Shown here: positions 13,157-27,549 of the stretch, piece after piece
Layout: every line of letters begins with the position of its first letter
Position numbering within the stretch: position 1 is the first letter of the stretch
From: Epiperipatus broadwayi
Lineage: Eukaryota > Animalia > Onychophora
Length of the DNA stretch: 64,000 bases
Direction of reading: 5' to 3'
Assembly: GCA_028023455.1 (NCBI GenBank)
Contig: JAQFVV010000003.1
Span: 23,932,001-23,996,000 of the forward strand
Program-made: the position numbers and the translations under genes
Notes under the pieces: generated by a model
Told to the model about the DNA's origin: nothing
What the model saw: only the letters and a program-made list of their open reading frames with translations
The model's database searches: none

Positions 13157-16089
13157 TTACATATATTGATACAGATATATAATAAGCCTGTATTCAGTTA
13201 TTAAATATTCTCTTATGTAAAAATTAATTGTTTTATTTTTTAGCATGATTTTCTAAATGAGTGATTATTCTATCACATATTATGTCATATCTGCATTTTT
13301 TTTTTTTAAATTTCTTTATATTCTTCTTTTATTTAATTTTTTATAACTTTGTTTCTTTTGTTAATTTCTATTTATATGTATATTTAATTTTTTTTAATAC
13401 TTACATTTTGTTGTTTTTTCTTTTACCAATTTAACCCAAAACTTTCTTAGTTATTTTACCCATTTCACAATCTATCATTAGTATAGTAGTTTCAATATCT
13501 AATTTATATTGACTTTATAATTTTCTTACATTTTTACTAAGTATGTTTGACAATTCAAATACTTGTAAAAAATAACATTATATTTGTATATATTTATGCA
13601 ATTTTTAATTTACCAACAGTTCATTATCTATTAAATTGTTATCAAAATTTGCACCAGTTTAAAATTCATTTGTAGTATAGTTTTATAAAATTAATACATA
13701 ACAGTGGAATTTCCATATATGAATATATTTTACATTTGATAAAATTTAAATATGTTTATTGTATATTGTTGCATGCTATGTTAATTAGCATAAAAATAAA
13801 ATAGTGGACTTAAGAATTTAAGATTTTTGGAGTAATTCTCAAATAAAAATAATAATTTTAAAAATCTGAAGTTGGTCACTTGATGAGCTGACATTTAACC
13901 CATTATTTGAATACTTCTCTAGAATTACTACCTTTGTTTTGTTTTTTTTGATCAAGATAAAAAAAACTTTATTGTGTTTTCAAATTTCTTCATATACTAG
14001 AAAAAAAGAGACATATAAAGGGAAGTCAGATATAGAATGCAAGTTTAGCTGCTGCTAATTTTATGCTGGTCAAGTTTGAATTTACATGGAAGTAAGAGCT
14101 ATCTTTTCTGCAGTTCATAGCCCATATGCTTGTACTAGACTGCTTGTCTACATGAAGTCCATCAAACTATAGAGACTTAATGGAGCTGACTGACTGCCAA
14201 TGATTACCTGAAAATGTCAATTAGTCAGTCTACTGGTTTATCACTGACATGATTAAAATAGGCCAGAGAGACTATCGTTATATTTTATACATATGCTGTT
14301 TTATCTACACACTAACAAGCATAAAGTTACTGCTGTTGTATATATATAACATATACAAAAGATCTAGTTCATGAAAGAATATTAGCTGGTGAGTAGTAAT
14401 ACATTATCTAAAGAAAATGACATTATTTCAAACACTTAACTTTGCTCTTAAAGTTAAATATGTAATTTATAAGTTTTAAAAGTAAATAAGTTTTGACTCA
14501 ATTATCCATCTAAAAAGAAAATATGGGAATAAAATAAAAGTAAACGACCAGTTTGCCTCCAGATGATTTCTTCCAGTTACCATTTATAAAGGACTTTATT
14601 TTGAAATTAGAAAGGTAAAATTAGACAACTTTCTTAAATATTATTAATGAAGAAACAAAAGCCTAAGTGTTTTGCAAGAATCTTCAAACTGGATTGTTAA
14701 TAATGGTTTTTTTAAAAAAATCTTTTATTTAAAAATAAGAATAATATATTAATAACTTGATTTATAAGAAGATAATATTTAAATTCTTTCCACATATGTT
14801 TTATGTAAATTTTTAACATTGAATTAATTATATATGTGACTATAATAATATGAACTTATGTATTTAATAAATATTTTATTGACACATGAAATCTTATTAA
14901 AATATAGATGTCTGTGTGTGCACACATTTACATGATACCCATATATGTTAAAGTCAATCATTATGCATGTCTTATTAAAATAAATTGATTTTTTTATTAG
15001 TTTATTGACAATTAAAATATGTTAATTTCATATTTTTATACAAGCACACCTGAGTGCTTATATAGGTGTATGTCATGTAAACATATTAAAATATCTGTAA
15101 CTTACAATGTTATAGCATATTTTTTATTATTTTTTATTAAAGTCAGAATGATGTGTTTATATTTATAGCATACTCAACAGGCCTTTCATTTGATTTTATT
15201 GTTTTTAATTAATAAATTTATATATCATTGTTTTAAGTTATTCCAGTTAATTTGTTTAATATTAAAATAGGTTTAAAATATTATATCACAGTCCCTAGGA
15301 TTCTTGCTTTTCAAGTTAACCCAAGCAATAACAGTTGGTTTATATATATGTTAGGATTTATGTTTGTGGGTGGACATCCAGATAGTTTTCTGGTTGGTGC
15401 CAATGTATCACCTTTAAAGTCCATTCACTGCAATTTATTTTTTTTGAAAGGAAATTAAATTTATAGTTGGTGTGCACACTCATGATTCTCTCTGGTCAAA
15501 GCATTGATGGTGATGTAGCTTGTAACTTATAATTATTGTCCTAATTAACTATTGTTTTGTTCAGTGCTGATAATCATGCTCTCATTTCTTTTATACATGC
15601 TCATTTTTTTTAAATTTTATTTGTGATTATTTATGTTAAATGGGAATGGTGATGATTTCCCATCTCCCCAAGATTACTTCTATTTTCCATAGTGTTGCAG
15701 TATATTATAATAATGATGTTTATATAAGCTGATTTAAAGGAAAAGAAAAAAAAATTAAAGTTGTAAAGTATAGTAAGATAGGAAAGAGCATGAAAATTGA
15801 AAAAACCAAACTCAGAATGGAAATATAATATTGACTGTATTGATTAAATTACCATAGTCAAGATAAGAGGATGATGAATAGATTCTCAAATTTGATATTA
15901 ATAAATTTTGTAATCAAAGTTATGAAATGAGATTTTTATACTGAAAATTATGCATCAGTGAAAATGAGGAGGGTTATTTATATAAACAAAGCTAAAAGAT
16001 TGTACAGATCACTAAGCTGTTTAACTCATAGAGTTGTGATTATTTAAATAGTCTTTAGTCTCTAAATCAAATATTGTCTCAATAGATAA

Positions 16090-16950
16090 TATGAGAGAAA
16101 ATGATCAAAATATAATAAGTAATAATGGAATATCATTATTATCCTCTACAGCAATTATACTTTGAAGAATTTTGTTGAATATATTGCTTCCAATCATAGA
16201 TGAATGGTTACCAGAGGCTCAATATGGTTTTAGAGAATCACAAAGCACTATAAATATTATTTTTGTTGCCAGACAAATACAGGAAAAACATCAGGAAGAA
16301 AGGAGTGATATATATATATATATGGTTTTTATCAATTTGATCAATGCATTTGATTTTGTTAATAGGGCAGATCTATGGCATTGCCTACCAAAATTATTTC
16401 ATATTATACAGCTTCTATATGATGGAAAATTATTTGAAATGAAAATTTGTGTTAAACAAGAATGTGTGCTTGCTCCAACACCCATTTTAAATTTTATGAC
16501 AGTAGTCTTTGGAATTGTTTATAGGTTGCTTAATTACACGAGGATCAAGATGCCATACAGATATGACAGTAGAATTTAAATTTGATTCTATTAAAAGTGA
16601 AAAAAAGAATTCTTTGAATCTGGATTCACAGTATGCTGCTGATTGTATTGTATTATTTTTACCAGTCAAAAGATAATTTACAGAATGTAGTTAATAGTTT
16701 GAATGTAACATAAAAGAATTTTGGTTTATTGATGAATATTCAAAAAACATTCTTTATTAGCCAATGGTGGAAGAAAAATTAGCTTAGACGATTATAATTT
16801 CAGAAAATAAACCCATGTAAATTATCATGTGGTAGTTTTATAAATCAAGAGGTAGACTTAGATGTTGAGATACAACACAAATTCAAAGATGTTGCAGTTT
16901 TAAGGAGTTAAAAGATAGAGTATTTTATTATAAGGAAATAACTACTGCTA
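16090..16950 (+). mobile_element. RTE-clade (BovB-like) reverse transcriptase relic
   Basis: ORF 16172-16579: DEWLPEAQYGFRESQSTINIIFVARQIQEK...MVFINLINAFDFVNRADLW...VKQECVLAP. Confidence 0.8.
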
Positions 16951-17299
16951 CTGAATTGGATTAATTCAAAGACATTCTAAAGAAATTTAATGTCAATTGT
17001 TTCTACTAAAAAGATTTGACAGAAAATAGAATGCATTGGAGAGCTATAATTAGATATGATGTAGAAGTATTTTAGAAAAAAAAATTTTTGCTGAAGAAAT
17101 TAAATGACAACTTTATAAAATATCAAATAAACAGAAAAATGGGCTACCATATTTTATATGTGGATATATTTGTGTTCCACAGATTAATTTTTATAATATA
17201 GCAAATTTTACTTATAGAATAGTTTTTTATTCCCCCCCCCCCTTTTTTTTTTTAAAATTAGAATACTAGTACTTACTTATGAGTATTTGCTTAATTTAT

Positions 17300-17550
17300 A
17301 CAGAGGCTAAACTCTCCATACAGTAGTGCTACCAGTGCAAGCCAGAATATGGTGCAGTGCTATCAGATCCAAGGCTCCTTACTGATGGAAGCCACAAGCT
17401 AGAAACTAATCTGGGTATATTGGATGAATAGGCCATAGATAGGGATTTTATGCACAAACCTTCTTGCATCCATTAATTACTCTGACTTGCACTGGTAGTG
17501 CTACTGTGTAAACCACTTGTGTAAGCATAAGAAATAGTGATCATGTGATA
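17300..17550. mobile_element. Family A copy A1 (HHR-bearing repeat, short inverted arm plus long arm)
   Basis: ACAGTAGTGCTACCAGTGCAAG (17320) is inverted at 17486-17507; the body matches 25795, 50180, 62178 and 63630. Confidence 0.85.
17376..17417 (+). ncRNA. Type I hammerhead motif, family A (A9 mutated)
   Basis: TCCTTA CTGATGG AAGCCACAAGCTA GAAA CTAA TC TGGGTA. Confidence 0.65.
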
Positions 17551-18199
17551 TCTGCTTAATTTATTGTTATCAATAGAATTCAACATATATTATATTTTAA
17601 GGTAAGAAAATTGCATTGGGTTAAAAATTGGAGAGCACTTCTTTTAAAAAATAAATGAAAATTTTATCATTATTATTTCTAATAATATTTAAAATAGCAC
17701 TATTTATGATGTTCTGTTTATTGGACAATAGGATATGAGAAAATAATTTATAATTATGTCTTCATCTAATATGTAATGGCTTTCCCAATTCCAGAGGCCA
17801 TGAATTTAATGAGAATCAGTGATAATCATTAATAACAATAATAATATATAAATATACAAACAAAATATATGCAACAGAATTGGATAATCAAATGAAAATT
17901 GATAATAAAGGCATGAAATATAGATATAAAATAAAGGAAGATAGGGCTGAAACAAATAAAAGCAGAGCATAATGTAAGACAGAATAAGCTAAAATATACA
18001 AAATGATGTGAAACTGGATTACATGGAAGACAGAAAACAATTGATTCAAATTTTCAGAAATATATAAAACTTAAGAGAGAATTTTGACCTGAAACATAAA
18101 ATAATTATCAAGTGGGTGTAAATGATTACATCATATAAAGGAGAAAAAATGGAACAAAAATTAAATCCAACACTACAAAACCCACAAAAGATGCAAATC

Positions 18200-18800
18200 A
18201 ATTCCACGATAGCTCCAGCGAATTGAGAAATATTCAATCCTCAAAACAAAGCTATTTTTTTTCTTGCCAATGTTTTTATTGATTAACCAGAAGAAATAAG
18301 TAAGAGCAATTACTAGTAGGAAAAGATAATCAGTTTTATCAATATTCCTTTATTGGGATCATATTTTGAATAAAAAAACTCATAAAATTTATGTTGATAG
18401 GATGTTTCTAACAATTAAAATTTGATTAATATAATCTTGCCATTTTGTCTGCTATATTATTATTCTCCAGAATAATGTTCTTTAATTTATAACAATCCCC
18501 ACTCCATTTATGCTTCCATATTGACTAATTTTTATGATGATTCAATGATTTTATTTGACATAATCTTAGATTGCTTAATACATATATAAATACATGAAAG
18601 CAATCAACACTTAACCATAATAATATCAATAACAATCAACAGTCTCAATCTGTTGTCATGGCAACCTCCTTTAAACAATAATGCATATATATATATATTA
18701 TAAATTACACTAGAAAGGACTAAATGATTGCAAAAGTTTAGTACATTCATTTCCATTATCATTGATGGTGCTTGCATTCATTACATAATGGTGCCTAATT
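18200..18800 (+). repeat. Dispersed family E copy
   Basis: Collinear similarity to 23790-24190 (TGAGAAATATTC...CTCAAAACAAA...GAAATAAG...TAATCAG..TTATCAATATT...CATTATC..TGATG..ATTCATTA). Confidence 0.55.
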
Positions 18801-19049
18801 CCCATCTGTTACATAAAATTTATAAAAGATGGAAAACTAAATTCCACAAAAACCATGGGAAATAAAAAAATTGAATACAATAAAAATCATAGGAAGTAAA
18901 AAACAAGCCAGAAAAGAAAATGTCAATATTCCAGGTATACCATTTTCTTATGTAAATGCATATAAAAATGGATAACAATGCTCAAAGGATGCAAAACATC
19001 ATTAAAGTAAGACCTGAATAAGAAAATAGATAAAGAAATAAAAGATTTT

Positions 19050-19420
19050 AATGAGAAAGTAGATAATAATATTCAAAATATTAGTAGTAAAATGGATGAA
19101 AGTAATGAGAAAATGAAAAAGATTTGTCAAAATGTGAAAAAGTTGGCATTAGTCAAATAGGAAAAAGAAAATAGATAACATAATTTAATTAAATTCAAAA
19201 GTAGAAGAAACAATGTAAAGAATCATCAGAATTTATCAAAAAATCATGAGTCTATTTTGAAACTAGAAGCAATGTAAATACAGACATCAAGAGAATATTG
19301 CAGAAGATAAAATCCAATTTTCAATACACACGATAAAGAACCGAGATCTTAAGTAACAGTTTTAAAAATTAGAATGATGATGGTCAATAGGTTCTACTTT
19401 AGAACATTTAAATAGCTTGG
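19050..19420 (+). mobile_element. Possible LINE ORF1 relic (coiled coil plus SRRNNV motif)
   Basis: AAAAGTAGAAGAAACAATGTA encodes KSRRNNV, typical of L1/CR1/L2 ORF1; otherwise heavily decayed. Confidence 0.3.
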
Positions 19421-22400
19421 AAACATATTTTAAATTATAAGAGGAGAAAGGAAAGCTGCTCATAGCATATATATCAAGCAATTTTTAACTCTATAAATTA
19501 TTGGACAGAAGAATGCCAGGATAGGATTGATGTTTGGGGTAATCACATCATTTTATTGATGATAAGTTGCCAGGATGAGAGCCTTGACATCATGCCCACT
19601 ATCTAAAAAAAAAAGTAAAATAGATAGTAAAATATAATCAGTCTAAAAGGATGGAATAAATGTTAATTGGAATTGAGACTTGATCAGGTAGCAGCCAGAT
19701 TTTTAAATATTGTTGATCTAATTACTTCATTAGTCAGAAAGAAAGAAAAGAAGATTCATCTTTTACCAAGGAAAATACTGATGAATATTAATACCATTGT
19801 TGTTAAGGGAAGTTGAAATTAAACTTCAAAAAACCATAAAAAAATTTTTGCCACTGCTATAGTAATGCAGTATCCAGACCAATAGTACTTAACTAGTACA
19901 TTCACCTAGAAAAGGTGGGATAACACAGGAAAGTTCTGAATGGATCTGTGTAATTAAAAAAATTAAGAACCACCTTAGTTTGTAACAAGTTCTGGTTCAA
20001 ATTCCAGAGGTTGAAGCCAAGAGAAAGGAAACTTTCTAATGAAAAAAGTAACCCTAATCAGATCAGGATAAAAAGAGAGTGGATGATATCAAGTTGCACA
20101 AGAGACTTATGGAGGATTCACAATGAGTTTGAATTGCATCTGAAAAAATATGTAGACAGATATAGAGATGTTTACCCAAAGTGAATCATCAGGACTATTT
20201 ACTCCTGACAATTTAGTTTTTGATTCACAAATCATGATTTGAAAAATGATAAAAACTTAAGGCTAATATTAGTTATTCCTGAGTATGACAACCAACCAGT
20301 GATAAACACACCTGATTAGACAAAGAAAAATGAAGTCAAGATCTTGAAGGTCATTATAACTTTTACCATGCCATTAGAATGATTATATAAAATTAAATTA
20401 CCAACATCTAGAAGAGCCCAAGAGACCTTGATGTTAACAAAAACTTTAAAATGAATGTGGAGAAAAGAAACTTAATGCAGAAATAAAGATAAGAGTGGCT
20501 AAGAAGAAACCTCAGTGCATATTAATTCCAAATATCTTTTGGGGGTGAAGAAATCTTAATGCCAGTTAAAAGAGTATGGATTGAAAAAACATTTTTGCAA
20601 GGTCAAATTCATTATTTTTATATTGCAAAATGCCCTATTAAAATAAGAGAGCTAAGTGGGAGATTTTGTAATTTAGAGGAAATGAAGTATATGTAGATTT
20701 CTTAAAAATTTATTGGAAAACTGAAGGTTAAATTTTGTTAGTGAATGTTTTTAATGGATTGATCATTGAAAAATTGTAAATCTAAGAGTCTAAGATGGTC
20801 AAGCAATATTGATTTATGTATATCAGACTTGTATATCCTGTTCACTTGTCTCCATTTTGACAGATGCTTATATAACTGCTACCATCAAGAGAATTATTCC
20901 CAGTTTGGTTACACATTAGAATTTTTTTCTTGTATATTTGATGATTAATCCATAGTGTATAGAAGTGAATGTGTGTGTGGTTATATTTATACTATAAGAG
21001 CTTTTAATCCTGAAATAGTATCAATTGACAAAGAGAGCATGGATTGACATTTCTGGATAAAAAAACTAAAAATGATTTGAAAGAATGAAGCACTTATTAA
21101 TCTCCCACTGACATGACTGATAGCAATATCAGTAGTGAGGTTTCTGGTGTAGAAATGCACTGAATCATGTTATACCAGTAGAACAAAAAAAAACCTTCAA
21201 AGCTAATATGTTTATAAAAAGTGACAAAATTTGTTATAAAAGTGCCATAGGTGTATAAACAATGCATCTATGTGAATGATCACAAAAAGCAGCCATATAG
21301 ACATTTGGTAGATACAATACTTATGTATTGTAATAGTAAAAATCAGAATTGTGAATATTTTTATTTATAAAAGAATTGAGAAAAATGTTAAAGGAATTAA
21401 GTGCTAAATATAAAACATCTTGAAAATAAGTAAATGATTTAGTTCCAGAAGGCACACATATTACCCAGCTTAAATTAAAGGTTGAAAATAAAAAATAATA
21501 TAAGTGAGTCATAATATTGGTCATATAATAAAACTTTAACTTAAATGACTGTTTTTTCTCCCGATTCTAAAAGGGATGATTAAAGGTTTTATTATATAAA
21601 TTATGTTATTTACAGAGAGAGAGAGAAAGATAGTTTTAGCCAAGAAACAAAAGAAATTAAAGAATGGAGAACCAATATTATGCAATAAGTATTAAAAAAG
21701 GGGTTTTAAAAAAATTTAATTGAATGTTGCGCATAATAAAGATTTTGATGACTTGATGTGTCAGTTTGAGATTGAAATAAAAATAACTGATTACATTAGT
21801 AAGATGTTTTAGGACTACTATGATTCTGAAAGTTGTTGTTAACTTTGAATAGTAATCAAGATTTTGAAATGTGACATTATTTAATGAAAACTATGATATT
21901 TAAGCATGTATATCTATCTATAAAGATTATAATTATTCCTGTACACAAAAGTAAAAAACAATTCAGAGCACTAAGTTAGTCAACACATAGATCCATAAAT
22001 TATTTAAATAGACATCAGTTTTTAAATCAAATATTACCTTAGTAAATAAGTTGAGAGATAGTGTTAAAATTGTAATAAGTAAACAACAATAAACTAAGAC
22101 ATTGACATCACATTGGATTAAAATTGAAGAGCATTTCTTCAAGGAATAAATGTTAAATAATATTTACAGCTGAATAAATGTTATAATGCAAATATTTATT
22201 AAAAATAGGATACTGTGCAACATTTTCTTTAAATTATAGAATAATTTATTTTTTACTTTTTTTTAATAGTTGATATATGCAATGATCACTAGCTATGGAA
22301 TTTAATCTCCTGATGTTATAATGTATAACCATGCAATTCCAAGATAATTATTTTTTAAGTTCCCATTTTTATTTAAATTTGTAATTAAGAAAGATTGTAA

Positions 22401-23759
22401 ATAAAGGATTAATTTATTGAAAAACAATATAAGTCAACAGTGATCAAATTAAATGTTTGAAAAACAAAGTATATGTAAAAAACATGGAACAATGTTAGAA
22501 AGTGCTTAGTGGTGATTAGCATCTAGAAAGAAAATTAATTTGAGATGTTACATATATAAATTCCTAGAAAATTAAAAGAAGTGACATTAACAAAAAAAGA
22601 AGCTATTATATTATTAATGAAACAAAGCTAAACCAGCATTGAAAATCATATCATTTTCAATTGCAAATTCATTTATTGAGAATATAAAATATTTATTAAG
22701 AATAAACATCAGTTCAGTCATCTGTCTATTATCTAAAACTCTAATCATTGATGGAGAATCGAATATGGAGCCTAGAAATACATGATGGAAGAAGATTACT
22801 GAATAAACAGTCAGCTTATAAGTAAAAAAGCGGAGGTTAACCCTAAATTTAGAAAAATTACTGATGTAGGATTGCTTCCTCATAAATAAATAAAAAAGAT
22901 GTGTAAAGAAAATAACTGATATTCAAAGGAAATTTCTTTGATATTCAAAAGAAATTCCTTTGAAGTTTATCTAAAAAGTATTTTCTCAAAATATTCTTCA
23001 TGAACAATGATTCTAAGAAATAGAATAGTAACAATTTGACTTAATTATGAAATCTTCAGTAATTATAGTTGATTAAAGTAGTTTTCCATATGATATTAAT
23101 TAGTAATTTTGATAAAAGATATAATTAATAAATTCCTCATTAATGATTTTTAAAAAAATTTATATTTTCTTTAGCTTTTTTTTTTTTTTTAGAATATAAA
23201 CTATTTATCAAAATTAATTTTTTCCATTGAGAATATATTTAATTATTGTATTATATATATATATTTAACCAGTGATTTAATAGAATATGTGCATTGCATG
23301 TATATATTTTTAAAGAAAGTTTTTTTCTTACATAATGTTATGATTCATTAAGGTAATTATGTGCATCCAGAGATATGCAGACCATTCGTCATATTTTATT
23401 GATGTATACGAGTAGTATATGTGTGATTTAAATTTCTTTGTCATTTTTCTAATGTAATGCTATTTAAAAATTTAGTATTCATAGAATTTTTTTTTTCATT
23501 TCATTCTCAGCTTAGGTGCAAGGTTTACATTCATCTTATAGATATATGATTATGAGTCATCACATGTGTAAAAGCAGCTATTTTTGAAGTGTTTAAATTG
23601 TGCTAGATTACAGGTAGCATAATAAGAGAGGCTAAAGCACTTAAAGAATAATAAGAAAAATCAAATCACTCCTATAAAAGGTGGCACCAGGGATTGAGAA
23701 GCATACTTAGAATCAGTCTAAATTGCAAATAATATAATTAAAATGTTTAAATATTAATA

Positions 23760-24190
23760 AAAGAGATGAAATTCGTAATGAGATAAAAATCAGTTCCATG
23801 ATAAAAGGTGGCAGTATGGAGCTGAGAAATATTCTTATTCTCAAAACAAATAAAGCTGGTTTGTACTAGTCAATTTTTTTTTATGGTCAACTCACAGAAA
23901 TAAGAAAGAGTGATTATTGTTAGGATAACGTAATCAGCTTATCAATATTTCTTTAATGAGATCATGCCTTGAGGAATGAATTACATAAACCAATGATAAT
24001 GAAATGGTTCTAGTACTTATTAAGATATTGATCAAGTTTCTTATTAGATGTAGTTTTGGATTATGCTGAGGATTAGATAATTGATAAGAACCTTATGGAA
24101 TTAAATAATGATTATCAGTGTGTAACATATATTCAACATCACTTTCATTATCGATGATGTCCTGATTCATTATGTAATGACTGTCCAAAG
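23760..24190 (+). repeat. Dispersed family E copy
   Basis: Second copy, similar to 18200-18800. Confidence 0.55.
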
Positions 24191-25340
24191 TGAGACAAAA
24201 AATTACCATGTCCTCATTTATTAAAATATATAAGCAGATTTGTTATTACATGTATTTGCTTCCAAAATCCTTATGAATAATAGTTATAACTAGTGGATGT
24301 TTATCATAAATATGCTTAATCTAATCAGAGATTTATTTAAAAAAAGTGAATTTTGATGATGGAAAAGTTCAATTTATGATGCAACCCTAAAATTGAGATG
24401 CGTTTAGAATTTAGGAAGCAGTGGCAAACTTTCACTGATGATGAGAAAGCAGTGTTATTTGGTTGTAATTATCTATTACCTATTTTTTTGTATCTAATAT
24501 CAGAATATATATATATTGATACTAAATATTTTTCAAACTGACAATGTGCTGCCATCTGTTATTTAACAGTATAACTTCAGGAACCATTCAATTTATTTTT
24601 CAGTATTATACATTAAACTAATTAATTTTTTAAAGAATATCTATGGTAATTCAAAAGCAACAGTGAGAATATATGGATAAATTGTAAGCTGGCTTAAAAT
24701 TGTAAAAGATTAAGAAATCTAATAGATCATTTTTCATTACTCATCAGAAACAATAATAGATTAGATCAAGAAAAGTGCAAAGAAACATCAGTATATTTAG
24801 TGAGATAAAATTTATAATACACAACCATATCTGCAATATTTATTCTAAGCCTCTATTGTGAATATCATATATTATGAATAATAGCTCGTTTTATTTGCAA
24901 ACTTTGATTACAATACTATTGGTTACTTTATATAGTTGTACAAGACATTTATTTTATATAGCGCGATGTTTTTATAAACTAGAAAGCGCATGTGCATTAG
25001 CTTATTGGTATTATAGTTGTACAGTATTTTTCACTATGCATATATATATAACACAAACACTATTTTGTTTAATATGCATATACATAAAAGTTGAGATTAT
25101 AGTATAAACAGAATTTTTTTGAAAAAAATATTGTAGAAATTGAGAATACATTTACATATATATTTAGTACGTGTATTTACTCATTCATTCACATATACTC
25201 AAAAAATAAAAATAATAAAAACTTACTATATCATATTTTTTATTTTTTAAAAAAAATAAAATCAATAACCAAGATTTTAAATTTGATCTTTTCCAGTCAT
25301 TTATAAATAAGTACAATACTGTTTCATTCATCATAATTAA

Positions 25341-25655
25341 CACTTACTGGCTCAGTTGATTAATATTACCTTAAAAATTCAATATTCAAAAATGTAAGAA
25401 TCCAGGTTCAATTCCCATGCTAGTACTGTCCATTGGTCAGGCCAGCAACACTTGAAGAAGAGAGGAGAATAATACCTCTTGAAGCATTGTTCATATACTA
25501 ACCTGTGTACTATTACTAACAATTGAATATATTTGGACTATTTAAATAAAGTTAATTTTTTCTAAAGATATTCAATACTCATATTAGATGATGGAAATAG
25601 TCCAATATATAAATACAACTAAAATGCCATCATCACAAACCTTCAGGAAAACACC
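25341..25655 (+). mobile_element. tRNA-derived SINE (family S)
   Basis: A box TGGCTCAGTTG at 25348 and B box GGTTCAATTCC at 25405; the body matches 53096-53365 (minus) and 53545-53630. Confidence 0.7.
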
Positions 25656-25794
25656 AAGTGTGGTAGTAGTCTTTACCGATCCAGTTACTTTTATATTTTT
25701 AAATCTATACTAACTTTAAACTCTTTACAATCACCACAACTTGCAATTAACCATCTCAGATTCTTGGATAAATTTTTCATACAAACTTTAAGCC

Positions 25795-26120
25795 TTAAAA
25801 CAGGCAAAACTCTCAATACAGTAGTGTCACTCAGTGCAAGCCAAAGTAATCAATGGATGCCAGAAGGCTTGTGCATAAAATCCCTATCTAGTGCCTACTC
25901 AGCCAATATCCCCAGACTAGTTTCTGGGTTGTGGCCTTCATCAGTGAAGAGCCTTGAATTTGAAAGCAATGCACCTAGGTCTTAGGATCTAATGCAATCC
26001 TTCAGCAGCCACCTTTTATCTCTACTTAACTACAAAACTATGAGACTAAAATTGAAACACAATTAGCTTATATAGTCATGTAGGTCTGAACTCAATTCAG
26101 TATCCATACATTTTGGTGTC
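25795..26120 (-). mobile_element. Family A copy A2 (strand given in ribozyme sense)
   Basis: High similarity to 50180-50520 and 63680-63900. Confidence 0.9.
25909..25950 (-). ncRNA. Type I hammerhead motif, family A, core intact
   Basis: TCTTCA CTGATGA AGGCCACAACCCA GAAA CTAG TC TGGGGA. Stem I is 6 bp, helix III is the palindrome ACTAGT, and the cleavage triplet is GUC. Confidence 0.8.
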
Positions 26121-26173
26121 TTTGGTTTTTTAATAACCATAGCCACCATTATCCTATTAGGCAGGATTAATAG

Positions 26174-26337
26174 TAAACCAATAAACATCACATGATCACA
26201 GTTTCTTATGTTTGCTCATAACTGTTGTTAAAACAGGCAAAACTCTCCATGCAGTAGTGGCAATCAGTGCAAGTCAGAGAAATCAATGGATGCCAGAAGA
26301 TATAAGAAATGGTGATCAAGTGATGTTTAGTGGTTTA
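26174..26337. mobile_element. Family A copy A3: 164-bp element with the family terminus at both ends
   Basis: Left end TAAACCAATAAACATCACATGATCAC; right end GTGATCAAGTGATGTTTAGTGGTTTA (inverted). Confidence 0.85.
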
Positions 26338-26649
26338 GTACTTTAAGCCTTCTGACACGTTATAAAAAATGTTTGCAGATTTATTTATTTATTTGCCATT
26401 ACTAAATTGCTTCCATTTAATCACTTAAAAAAGATACTTTTCAATTTTTTAAAATTTTTTTGTAAGGCTTCTAAACTTTATATTTAGAAAATATTTTATT
26501 ATATTACTGTACCATATTAAACTTAAGAAAAAATAAGTGGAGAAAAAAATGTATTTGCTTTTAATATAACTGGAAAATATCATGGAATTTGTTAAATTTA
26601 TGAATTTTAATGGATTTTTTTTGTTTATAAATATATTTTAATAACATGA

Positions 26650-27260
26650 TTTAATGCAGTGCATATAGTGACTTTAATGTACCGATGATGGAATAATTAT
26701 TGAAGAAAATAAAGAAATGGTTAAATCTTCCAAAGAAAAGCTAAATGAGGAAGCCAACAAATATGGTTTATCTCATTTAGGGAAAAGCAATGAAGAAAAA
26801 AAAAATCAATATTGATACAATTTTATTAAATAATGTAGAAAATTTTGTGATCTTGATTGTCAAAATGAAATAATATTGATCAGAGCAAGAATATTTTTTT
26901 CAAGCCATTGATAGAATTTAGAATATACTAAACACACAATTGTAAATCATGGGTAATTAAAAACATTCAGTGAAAAGAATTATGAAATTTGAAAGATCAT
27001 ATTATAGAAAATTATTAAGAAGTTGATAAATCAGAGAGAAAATTTGTTGCAAAACAATTTAAAGAGTAAATAATGATAGAAATTAAAAGCTTTAATATTT
27101 TGGTATTACATAAAAAACATAAAAAAATGATCTCATAGAATATGTTTGGATAATATTAAAGAAAAGAGTATAGATAATTTAGATTTCATCAGCAGTTTTA
27201 AAAGAGATACACAAATTTGGAGTGAGTTAATGAAGAAAAACATTATATGCCATTGGCATT
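26650..27260 (+). mobile_element. Degenerate IS630/Tc1/mariner-superfamily transposase relic
   Basis: KFVAKQF...NILVLHKKHKKNDLIEYVWIILKKRV resembles LRLPPYHCELNPIELVW..K; many stops. Confidence 0.45.
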
Positions 27261-27549
27261 ATGTTTTCTGATGATATATTATGTGAGGATGCATCAAAGG
27301 TAATGACAGTATGTTCTTATAAATCTGTAGTAACCATGATAATAATATGTCTAATATCTTGTAATCATTTTGTACTAAAGTAGATGATTTCAGTGCTTTA
27401 AAAGATATTTTGACATTAATTGTATTAAATGTGTATGTTAGGTTGTATGCAATTTTTTTTTTATTGGGATAAAACAAGTTTACTGTTTTAATGGAGTCAT
27501 TTTAATGTTTTACTTTTTAAAATTTTTAATGTTTTACAAAAGACTTAAG

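Noticed and set aside
24425-24465. Hammerhead-like CTGATGA TGA GAAA
   Set aside because: No stem I or stem II pairing. The chance hits at about 24742(-) and about 27270(+) were rejected for the same kind of failure (stem or core mismatch).
24398-24470. HMG-box-like peptide RKQWQTFTDDEKAVL
   Set aside because: Isolated 15-residue resemblance with an upstream stop and no exon boundaries.
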